From the IMG/VR virus record IMGVR_UViG_3300012347_000377, positions 64,001 through 128,000 of that record: a stretch of 64,000 nt of DNA. One strand, written 5' to 3'. Both the position numbers and the translations under genes were made by a program. Below are positions 1 to 7,777 of the stretch, piece after piece. A model generated the notes under the pieces. The model had not been told where the DNA came from. It made no database searches and saw nothing but the letters and a program-made list of their open reading frames with translations. The number at the start of each line of letters is the position of its first letter. The stretch's first letter is position 1. This DNA is from a virus. Its lineage: Duplodnaviria > Heunggongvirae > Uroviricota > Caudoviricetes.

Positions 1-1
1 A

Positions 2-580
2 GAAAATGGATTCGTTTCATTTGATATAACAAGTGAATATGAATTAGAATTACTATCAAAGATATACTCAAATTTATCATATGATCAATTTAATAAATTG
101 GTAGTATCTTATGATAATGTTTCTCACACTCATCAAGTTCAACCATCAACTTTCGAAAAGTTAAATAAAACAAAAGATGAGTTAATTGAAACAGATAATT
201 TAGCACAAATTTGGTTTTCAGCATTCGATTCATCATCTGAAACTAATTTATTATTAAAAAGTATTTTTTACAAATTTTACGAATATACTGATGTTGATTT
301 CTTAAATATAATAACCTTATATAACAATGGATGTTTTATTATACCTCACTTAGATGGTAAAGATCCAAATAGAATAATGGGTGTATTAATTTATCTAAAC
401 AAAAATTATAACGAAGCAAATGGTGGAAATTTAATTTTAAAAAACGAAACCAAAATAGTACCTGAATATGGTAAAGTTGTAATAATCGATTACACACAAA
501 ATTCAGTTGAACACGAGGTCACTAAAGTGTTAGAAGGAGAGCGTTACGCAATTTGTGCATTCATACATAAAAAACAATAA
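2..580 (+). CDS. 2OG-Fe(II) oxygenase (prolyl-hydroxylase-like), 5'-truncated by window edge
   Basis: Frame is open from position 2 (ENGFVSFD...), so the true start is upstream; HxD (PHLDG), distal H (VEHEV) and ERYAI 2OG-binding Arg. Confidence 0.8.
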   Translation, partial: ENGFVSFDITSEYELELLSKIYSNLSYDQFNKLVVSYDNVSHTHQVQPSTFEKLNKTKDELIETDNLAQIWFSAFDSSSETNLLLKSIFYKFYEYTDVDFLNIITLYNNGCFIIPHLDGKDPNRIMGVLIYLNKNYNEANGGNLILKNETKIVPEYGKVVIIDYTQNSVEHEVTKVLEGERYAICAFIHKKQ

Positions 581-581
581 A

Positions 582-1052
582 ATGAAAAAATACAAAGTTA
601 TATTACTAAGTGGTGGGTTCGACCCAATACATAAAGGACACGTTGAGTGTATTCAGTTAGCAAATGAATTAGCAGATGAAGTTTGGGTTGGATTAAATAA
701 CGATAGTTGGTTAAAGAGAAAAAAAGGTAAATCCTTTATGGAACAATCCGAACGTAAATTTATTATGGAAAATATTAAAGGAGTTTCATATGTTTATGTG
801 ATGAATCCTAAAATTCATAATGATGATACTGCAATCGATTTCATTGATCATGCTAGATTGAAATATATTAGAGAAAATGGTGATCTACCAAAAGGTGTCA
901 TGGCCTTTGGAAATGGTGGAGATAGAACCGAAACCACTACACCCGAAAATGATGTATGTAATACCTACGGAATTGAATCTGTTTGGGGGTTGGGGAATAA
1001 AATTCAATCATCATCATGGTTATTAGAAAAATACTTAAATATCGCAAAATAA
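582..1052 (+). CDS. HIGH-family cytidylyl/adenylyltransferase (TagD/RfaE-II-like)
   Basis: SGGFDPIHKGH motif, GLNNDSWL..KKG, GNGGDR; ATG at 582 directly after the upstream stop preferred over 555. Confidence 0.85.
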   Translation: MKKYKVILLSGGFDPIHKGHVECIQLANELADEVWVGLNNDSWLKRKKGKSFMEQSERKFIMENIKGVSYVYVMNPKIHNDDTAIDFIDHARLKYIRENGDLPKGVMAFGNGGDRTETTTPENDVCNTYGIESVWGLGNKIQSSSWLLEKYLNIAK

Positions 1053-1067
1053 ATTAAAATAAATAAA

Positions 1068-1748
1068 ATGGTAGACACAGCAATTGAAATTACACAAGAA
1101 AAAATTGATAAACTCACATCAACACTTTTTCCAAAATTAATTAAAGACCCTTCAAAATTAAAATCAGTTATTCAACCAAAACCAATGTCTCAAGAAGATA
1201 TTGATTACATTACATTACAATTAACCAATGCATTGGAAATACATGGTGGTATTGGATTATCCGCAAATCAAATTGGATTAGATGTCCGTGCATGTATTAT
1301 CAATGTGAAAGAACCATTGGTATTAATCAATCCAACTATTGTTGAGGTTTCAAGAGATACGGTTGCATATGTTGAACAATGTTTATCGATTCCAAATAGT
1401 ATGAGTAAACCCGTAAAAACTATTCGTCATAAATCAATTACAATCGAATGTGATAATTTAGGGACAGTAGTATTTTCACCGGATTATGTTGAAGGTAGAG
1501 AGTGGAAAGATTCAAATGAATTTTTTGGAGATACTGGTTTATTAGAATGTGTTTGTGCACAACATGAAATTGATCATTTAAATGGAACGTTGATTACTGA
1601 TACTAAAAGACGTTATACTACAACGGTTGTTAAACAAAAATCGTATGGTAGAAATGAAATGGTTATGGTTAAATTACCAGATGGTAGCACCGAATTTATC
1701 AAATATAAAAAAGCACTACAATTGGGCTCAGCAGTTCAAATTCTATAA
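1068..1748 (+). CDS. def: peptide deformylase with C-terminal extension
   Basis: Motif 1 GIGLSANQIG, motif 2 variant EQCLS, motif 3 QHEIDHLNG. Confidence 0.9.
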   Translation: MVDTAIEITQEKIDKLTSTLFPKLIKDPSKLKSVIQPKPMSQEDIDYITLQLTNALEIHGGIGLSANQIGLDVRACIINVKEPLVLINPTIVEVSRDTVAYVEQCLSIPNSMSKPVKTIRHKSITIECDNLGTVVFSPDYVEGREWKDSNEFFGDTGLLECVCAQHEIDHLNGTLITDTKRRYTTTVVKQKSYGRNEMVMVKLPDGSTEFIKYKKALQLGSAVQIL

Positions 1749-1757
1749 TAAATACCT

Positions 1758-2012
1758 ATGGCAAAATTAATATTTAAATACACCGATTCGGAATTTATAG
1801 AAGGATTACGTGAGGCATCAGAAATTGAATTTACTGTCCCCGATGATATGGATATACATGAATTCAAAGTAATGTGTGTTAGATTGGCTTCTTCATTGGG
1901 ATATCAGCAAGAAACAATTAATAAGGGATTCGGTAATCTCGTATACGGAAACGAAACCAAAGATGGTTTAAGACAATTACTTAATGAAATCAACAACAAA
2001 GAAATTAATTAA
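1758..2012 (+). CDS. hypothetical protein
   Basis: 84-aa ORF in gene-dense run, overlaps next gene; no recognisable motif. Confidence 0.65.
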   Translation: MAKLIFKYTDSEFIEGLREASEIEFTVPDDMDIHEFKVMCVRLASSLGYQQETINKGFGNLVYGNETKDGLRQLLNEINNKEIN

Positions 2013-2226
2013 AAATCTAAATGATAGGTTGTTAACCCAAAATATAATAGTTCAGACATTAATTGATATTATATTAGAAAACGGGTTAACAACCGAAGAG
2101 GATTTAGATATTAGAATTAAATCTAATATTGAATTGTTAGATGAGGAATTGAATTCATTTAAAAGTGATGAAACCCCAACCGATGGAGTTGGATTCCAAT
2201 ATAACGGCCAAGTTGGTGAAGCATAA
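1984..2226 (+). CDS. hypothetical protein (acidic)
   Basis: 80-aa ORF coupled to the previous gene. Confidence 0.6.
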   Translation: MKSTTKKLIKNLNDRLLTQNIIVQTLIDIILENGLTTEEDLDIRIKSNIELLDEELNSFKSDETPTDGVGFQYNGQVGEA

Positions 2227-2242
2227 AATAATTGATAAATTA

Positions 2243-2274
2243 TTTGGTAAATTCAAATATTTTTCGTATATTTG
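2243..2274 (+). promoter_or_regulatory. Bacteroidota-type housekeeping sigma promoter (-33 TTTG / -7 TAnnTTTG)
   Basis: TTTG 2243-2246, 20-nt spacer, TATATTTG 2267-2274, 23 nt before ATG 2298. Confidence 0.7.
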
Positions 2275-2297
2275 TATATAACAAAAAATTAAAAGAC

Positions 2298-2669
2298 ATG
2301 ATAAACTATTTAAAATCTAAATTTTTCCCTCCTTACCAAATGAATGAAAAGGAGACTTTGACTTACAATGTTATTCAAATGTTGTGTGAACAATCTGATA
2401 CTGATTTAAAAATTGCACCATTAACCGGTAGATATTTTATGATAAATAAAAGATTATCATATTGGGTTAAAGTTGAAGATTTTAGTGTGAGTATTACCAA
2501 TCACAAATTTACATTAACGAATACCATCACTTCAGAGTATCAGAAAAAATTAGTTAATATGATAGACACCTTCATTGAAGCTGATAGAAATGAGTTCGAA
2601 CAAACAGTTTTCCAAAACGAAGTTGAATTGCTTGAAAACATTTTATCAAATATTAAATTTAAAGAATAA
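2298..2669 (+). CDS. hypothetical protein
   Basis: ATG 2298 downstream of the predicted promoter (track start 2232 would overlap it). Confidence 0.65.
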   Translation: MINYLKSKFFPPYQMNEKETLTYNVIQMLCEQSDTDLKIAPLTGRYFMINKRLSYWVKVEDFSVSITNHKFTLTNTITSEYQKKLVNMIDTFIEADRNEFEQTVFQNEVELLENILSNIKFKE

Positions 2670-2672
2670 TAT

Positions 2673-2936
2673 ATGAGTGGAATTGAAATTACATTAGTAG
2701 TATCCGTATTACTAAACATTGCATTAATAGTTGGTGCACGTAATATACTATTACAAAACGAAGAGTTAGAAGACACATTATTAGAAACCGTAATGGATGT
2801 CCAACAAAAGGTAGAAACTGCATATCAATCAATGCAAGAAATTGATTTACGTGGTTCTTTCGAATCAGATGATGAAGTAGGTGCAGTGTTTGCAGAATTG
2901 AAAGAAATCATTACAAAATTAAACGAAACAATTTAA
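2673..2936 (+). CDS. membrane-anchored coiled-coil hypothetical protein
   Basis: N-terminal hydrophobic helix (ITLVVSVLLNIALIVGA) then acidic heptads. Confidence 0.65.
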   Translation: MSGIEITLVVSVLLNIALIVGARNILLQNEELEDTLLETVMDVQQKVETAYQSMQEIDLRGSFESDDEVGAVFAELKEIITKLNETI

Positions 2937-2937
2937 T

Positions 2938-3702
2938 ATGGCAAAAACCAGAAAACCAAAATCCAAAATATATTTTGGTACTCCTGCTCAAGAGGCTATA
3001 GTTGAATATAACAAATGTAAAGACCCAATCAAACGTAGTAAAATTTACGAAGAGGGAATTAAGTATCCATTTGAAAAACTAGCAGAAAACGTTCTAAACA
3101 CATTTAAATTTTCTTATTTTGATGTATCTAAGAAAGATATTCAAATGGAAGTTGTTTCTACAATGGTAGAGAAAATGCATATGTATAAAGAAGGTAAGGG
3201 TAGAGCGTTTTCATATTTTACCATTATTGCAAAGAATCATTTGATTTTAAAAAACAACGGAAACTACAAACGTTGGAAACAAAATGCTCTAATATCAGAG
3301 ATGCCCGAAAGTTGGAATCCCGAGAATGATTTTTATGAAGTTGAAGAGGCTTCTGAATTTAGAGAGTTTAAAGATATAATGTTGGAATATTGGGATAAAC
3401 ATCTTGCAACGGTCTTTAACAAAAAAAGAGATATTCAAATCGGTGATGCAGTATTAGAGTTATTCCGTAGAAGTGATTTCATTGAAAATTTTAACAAAAA
3501 ACATTTATATCTACTTATTAGAGAGATGACAGATTGTAAGACTCACTATATCACAAAAGTGGTAAATGTGATGAAACAACATCAACGAAAAATGTTAAAC
3601 GAGTATTTAGATAATGGTGATTTTTCAGTAAGAGATGAACCATTTTGGGTAGATACATCAAAAATAGATTTAGAAGAGGATATATTTGATGACGAAGATT
3701 AA
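2938..3702 (+). CDS. phage RNA polymerase sigma factor, T4 gp55-like (late transcription)
   Basis: Region-2-like segment KGRAFSYFTIIAKNHLILKNN resembles gp55 NAFAYFTQII; size and acidic C-tail fit. Confidence 0.6.
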   Translation: MAKTRKPKSKIYFGTPAQEAIVEYNKCKDPIKRSKIYEEGIKYPFEKLAENVLNTFKFSYFDVSKKDIQMEVVSTMVEKMHMYKEGKGRAFSYFTIIAKNHLILKNNGNYKRWKQNALISEMPESWNPENDFYEVEEASEFREFKDIMLEYWDKHLATVFNKKRDIQIGDAVLELFRRSDFIENFNKKHLYLLIREMTDCKTHYITKVVNVMKQHQRKMLNEYLDNGDFSVRDEPFWVDTSKIDLEEDIFDDED

Positions 3703-5410
3703 AAACAATTATATTTTAGGAATTTCATGTGGATTCCACGATTCAGGTGCAGCATTAATTAACAATGGAAAAGTTATTGGTGCAACATTGGAAGAAAGTT
3801 TTACAGGAATAAAACATGATGAATCATTTCCATTCAAATCAATTGAGTGGTTATTAACATCAAATAATTTAACAGCATCAGATATTGATGTTGTTTCTTT
3901 TTATGAAAATCCTAAACTTAAAATAAACCGAATTGAAAAATCAGTAAAGAAGGGTGGATTTTTTAATTTACTAAATAGTGCATCAATCATCAGTAGAAAT
4001 AAAAAAGCATATGATGAAATTGAAAATACTATAAAATCAATTTTTGGAAATGAAATTGAAATATCATATGTAGAACATCATCTTTCTCACTTAGCTTATT
4101 CATATTATACTTCACCTTACGAAAGAACTGCAATTGTATCCGTAGATGGTGTAGGTGAATGGGAAACTGCAGTAATTGCATATGGTGATAAAAATACTAT
4201 AACAAAACTACAAACAATTGAATACCCACATTCATTGGGTATGTTATATTCCGCTTTTACTGCTTTCTTAGGGTTTAAACCAAACGAAGGTGAGTATAAG
4301 GTAATGGGACTTGCTCCCTATGGAAATCCAAAAGCATATTTAGATAAATTTGAAAGTATCATGTCTCCTACCGAAGATGGTGGGTTTGAATTGAATATGG
4401 ATTACTTTGATTATGAGTGGTCAACTGATATGATGTTTAATGAAAAGTTAGGAGAACTATTTGGTTTTACAAATAGATTACCAGATGAAGAACTTGAAAA
4501 TCATCATATGGATTTAGCTGCAACATTACAACAAGTATATGAAAATTACTTTTTCAAATTTTTAAATAGAGCATTTGAACTTAAATCAGTTCCATTTTTA
4601 TGTCTAAGTGGGGGATGTGCATACAACGGAACGGCGAATGGTAAGATTACTGAATTATCCAAATTTCAAACATTGTGGATTCCACCTGCTCCATCCGATG
4701 GAGGTTCTGCAATTGGGTGTGCGTTGTATCATTATTATACCAATAACCCAACATCAGTTAGAGTTGATAATACGATTCCATATTTAGGTCCATCTTATAC
4801 CAATGCGGAAATTAAACAAATTTTAGATGAATCCGAAGTAGATGTTTGGTATGAATATAAAGAATATTCGGAACTAATTCCATTCATTTCTAAGCAAATT
4901 GTTGATGGAAATGTTATTGGTTGGTTTGAAGGTAAAATGGAATTTGGTGCAAGAGCATTAGGAAATCGTTCTATACTTGCAAATCCTCGAGACCCTCAAA
5001 TGAAAAGTAGGGTAAATAGAGTAATCAAAAAAAGAGAAGGATTCAGACCTTTTGCTCCAATGGTTAAAGAAGAAGATAGAACTAAATACTTCGATTATAA
5101 GTTATTAGTTCCATTTATGAATCAGGTTGTAAGAGTAAAAGCAGAACATAGAAAAAACTTACCAGCAATTACACATATAGATGGTTCTGCACGAATACAG
5201 ACGGTTAGTAATAGACAACATACGAATATGTATAAATTACTTTGTCAATTACAAAAAGATAATGAATATCCAATGGTGTTAAATACCTCATTCAATTTGA
5301 AAGACCAAACAATGGTATTAGACCCTAAAACTGCAATCCAAACTTTCCTTAATTGTGAGATGGATTTATTAGTATTACAGAACTATATTGTAAGAAAAAA
5401 GATATTGTAA
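3689..5410 (+). CDS. carbamoyltransferase, NodU/CmcH/TobZ family
   Basis: GISCGFHDSGAAL, EHHLSH, DGVGE, YKVMGLAPYG, GGCAYN, EFGARALGNRSIL, KKREGFRPFAP, THIDGSARIQT, NTSFN. Confidence 0.95.
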   Translation: MTKIKNNYILGISCGFHDSGAALINNGKVIGATLEESFTGIKHDESFPFKSIEWLLTSNNLTASDIDVVSFYENPKLKINRIEKSVKKGGFFNLLNSASIISRNKKAYDEIENTIKSIFGNEIEISYVEHHLSHLAYSYYTSPYERTAIVSVDGVGEWETAVIAYGDKNTITKLQTIEYPHSLGMLYSAFTAFLGFKPNEGEYKVMGLAPYGNPKAYLDKFESIMSPTEDGGFELNMDYFDYEWSTDMMFNEKLGELFGFTNRLPDEELENHHMDLAATLQQVYENYFFKFLNRAFELKSVPFLCLSGGCAYNGTANGKITELSKFQTLWIPPAPSDGGSAIGCALYHYYTNNPTSVRVDNTIPYLGPSYTNAEIKQILDESEVDVWYEYKEYSELIPFISKQIVDGNVIGWFEGKMEFGARALGNRSILANPRDPQMKSRVNRVIKKREGFRPFAPMVKEEDRTKYFDYKLLVPFMNQVVRVKAEHRKNLPAITHIDGSARIQTVSNRQHTNMYKLLCQLQKDNEYPMVLNTSFNLKDQTMVLDPKTAIQTFLNCEMDLLVLQNYIVRKKIL

Positions 5411-5411
5411 T

Positions 5412-5459
5412 TAACATTAACATAACATTTAACATTTATTTCATAACAATTTCATAACA
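5412..5459. repeat. six TAACA direct repeats in an intergenic spacer
   Basis: TAACA at 5412, 5418, 5423, 5430, 5444, 5455; TTTCATAACA at 5439 and 5450 (11-bp period). Confidence 0.75.
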
Positions 5460-5464
5460 TTGAT

Positions 5465-5473
5465 ATATTTATA
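5465..5473 (+). promoter_or_regulatory. putative late promoter ATATTTATA
   Basis: Exact motif 17 nt before ATG 5491. Confidence 0.6.
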
Positions 5474-5490
5474 TTAAATAGGATTTTATT

Positions 5491-5799
5491 ATGAAAAAAA
5501 TTATTACATTATCCCTTCTCCTATTTTCTTTAATGGGGTTTTCACAAGATGTGGAAGTTGGGGACAAGATTAAAATAAACGATGACACTCAAAAAGGTGT
5601 GTTAGTTTATAATGGTGTTAAATTCGTTCAAAACGGAATTTGGAAATCAAACTATGCTAAGGCAGAGTATGTAATGGGAAAATTACTTTGGATTCATCCA
5701 AAGGGAAATCGTAAATGGACAACGGAAGAAATTACAATAGCTCAATTAAGAAATAGAGTTATTAGGTTAGAAGAATCTATTGCATCTACGGACAATTAA
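5491..5799 (+). CDS. secreted hypothetical protein (Sec signal peptide)
   Basis: MKKIITLSLLLFSLMGFS-QD signal peptide with Gln at +1. Confidence 0.7.
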   Translation: MKKIITLSLLLFSLMGFSQDVEVGDKIKINDDTQKGVLVYNGVKFVQNGIWKSNYAKAEYVMGKLLWIHPKGNRKWTTEEITIAQLRNRVIRLEESIASTDN

Positions 5800-5824
5800 T
5801 TATTATTATCAATTTATGTATAAG

Positions 5825-5852
5825 AACCCGACATTTTTGTGTTGGGTTTTTT
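5825..5852 (+). terminator. intrinsic terminator
   Basis: AACCCGACA/TGTTGGGTT stem (one G-U), 6-nt loop, T tract. Confidence 0.75.
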
Positions 5853-5904
5853 ATTTTTGATATTTATTATAGTATTATTATTTAATTTAAGGAGATTACG
5901 GAAA

Positions 5905-6447
5905 ATGGAACAACCAAGTGGTTTTAAAGATTTATTAAACTCAATGATGAAACGTAGATGGTATATTACCGCTATTGTTTTATTAACGTTTTTATTATTA
6001 ACAATTGGTATTGTAATATCAATACATAGTGAAGCAACTGTCGGACAGGAGTGGAAAGAATTGTTGTTATTAATGTTAGGAGCTTTTATTGGTTCTTATG
6101 GTAAAATAATTGATTATTGGTTTTCTGATACTGATAAGGATAAAATGTTAGTTCAGAAAATGGATGAAGAAGATGGTGTATCATTAAGTTCTACAACAGG
6201 CGATACTCCACCATCAGGTTCTTTACCAACGATTGAGGTTGTAAATGAGTCAGTGCAACCCCAACCAAGAACAGGAATTGAAATCGATGAAGATGGTGAT
6301 GGAACTATGGATGGTATTGATTTCGATGGTGATGGTAAAATTGATGTATATTTTGCACATAGACAATGTGAACACGTTTGGGGTGATGTAGATGGTGATG
6401 GTGAGGAAGAGTGTTTGAAATGTGGTAAAATCAAAGATATAGAATAA
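5905..6447 (+). CDS. two-TM membrane protein (holin-like) with DxDGDG loops and C-terminal Cys/His cluster
   Basis: AAGGAG then ATG 5905; two hydrophobic helices; DEDGDG, DFDGDG, DVDGDG; CEH...CLKC. Confidence 0.6.
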   Translation: MEQPSGFKDLLNSMMKRRWYITAIVLLTFLLLTIGIVISIHSEATVGQEWKELLLLMLGAFIGSYGKIIDYWFSDTDKDKMLVQKMDEEDGVSLSSTTGDTPPSGSLPTIEVVNESVQPQPRTGIEIDEDGDGTMDGIDFDGDGKIDVYFAHRQCEHVWGDVDGDGEEECLKCGKIKDIE

Positions 6448-6468
6448 TAAGTAAAATAATAACCAAAC

Positions 6469-7293
6469 ATGAAAAAAATACTCAGCGAATGTATTATTGT
6501 ATCAAAAGAAATTGATAATAAATTCATTCTTGCTAAAAACCGAGATAGGGCGTATAAACCTACATTAGAAGTCATTCATACTATTATGAATGGAATTGAG
6601 GTTGCATATCTCCATGACATCACAACCGATTGGAGTGAAGGTTTAAATGAGTATGGTATTGGTGTAGTAAACTCTGCATTGTTAGTTGGACACGATGAAG
6701 CAGAACATAAGTTAGTAAAAAAAGGTGGTGGTAAACCAGGAGCAGATGGTGCTAAGATGAGAAACATCTTATCTCAAAAAACTCTTAAAGATGCTTTAAA
6801 ATCATGTTTATCATATACAGGTAAAAGTAATTTACCCCTTAAAGGGCATACCTTTATATCATCACCACAACATATGATTAGTGTGGAGGCAACTTCTAAA
6901 CATAAACCAGATGTTAAATTACATAATAGTGAAAATCCAATAGTTAGAACCAATCACGGTCATATGTTTACCGATGCTGGTTATACACATGGTGAGAAAT
7001 ATCTATCATCTAAAATGAGAAAAATATCAGCAGAAAAATCAGTTGATAAAGTAGATGATTGGAAAGAGATTGCAATCGCAATGAGAAAAGAATTTTTTCC
7101 AAAAGAATCTCAATTAAATATGAGAAGACAATCAGAAAGTATGTTTACATCATCTCAAACCGTAATGAACTTAACTGATAAGATTTTGGAAATTACTTAT
7201 TTTGATTCACAAGTTAATGAATTCAAAGGTATTAAAACCGATTTACCAAATGGATATGTTCCAAAAATCAAAATACAAATCGTAAAAGCATAA
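6469..7293 (+). CDS. N-terminal nucleophile (Ntn) hydrolase, C45/C59-like
   Basis: E-CIIV...ILAKNRDR, WSEGLNEYGIGVVN, VRTNH. Confidence 0.7.
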   Translation: MKKILSECIIVSKEIDNKFILAKNRDRAYKPTLEVIHTIMNGIEVAYLHDITTDWSEGLNEYGIGVVNSALLVGHDEAEHKLVKKGGGKPGADGAKMRNILSQKTLKDALKSCLSYTGKSNLPLKGHTFISSPQHMISVEATSKHKPDVKLHNSENPIVRTNHGHMFTDAGYTHGEKYLSSKMRKISAEKSVDKVDDWKEIAIAMRKEFFPKESQLNMRRQSESMFTSSQTVMNLTDKILEITYFDSQVNEFKGIKTDLPNGYVPKIKIQIVKA

Positions 7294-7297
7294 CATC

Positions 7298-7327
7298 AAA
7301 AACCCCACCTAAAAGTGGGGTTTTTTT
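7298..7327 (+). terminator. intrinsic terminator
   Basis: AAAAACCCCAC-CTAAAA-GTGGGGTTTTTTT. Confidence 0.85.
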
Positions 7328-7334
7328 ATTCTCT

Positions 7335-7343
7335 ATATTTATA
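7335..7343 (+). promoter_or_regulatory. putative late promoter ATATTTATA
   Basis: Directly after terminator, 22 nt before ATG 7366. Confidence 0.65.
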
Positions 7344-7365
7344 TGTTGAACTAATATATAAAAAT

Positions 7366-7776
7366 ATGAGTACCGAATTTCAATTATTTCCAGGTAAAAG
7401 TTTGGGTGATTTGTTTAAAGACATTTATGACAATCAACAAAATAAGAAACAACGAATTTCTGAATTAATCGCAGAGATGAGAAAACTTGTCCGTCATGCA
7501 GGTGATATGGCAGTGATAGGACCAATTCTAAAAGACCTAATTGATACATCAGTTCGTAATGATGATTCCCTAATTAAATTAGCTGCAATTGCACAAAGAA
7601 TAATTGGTGCACAGAATAAAGCAGATGGTGATAGTGGATTCTTAACTGAAGAAGAAAAAAATCAATTGTTAAAAGATTTAGAATTAACTGCTAAAGAAGT
7701 AGTTGGTGAACAAGAACATAAGGTTGATGAATTAACATATGAACTTGAGGAATTAAAACAAAAAATGAGTAAATAA
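7366..7776 (+). CDS. helical hypothetical protein heading the baseplate operon
   Basis: ATG 7366 (track GTG 7315 lies in the terminator); coiled-coil character. Confidence 0.7.
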   Translation: MSTEFQLFPGKSLGDLFKDIYDNQQNKKQRISELIAEMRKLVRHAGDMAVIGPILKDLIDTSVRNDDSLIKLAAIAQRIIGAQNKADGDSGFLTEEEKNQLLKDLELTAKEVVGEQEHKVDELTYELEELKQKMSK

Positions 7777-7777
7777 G

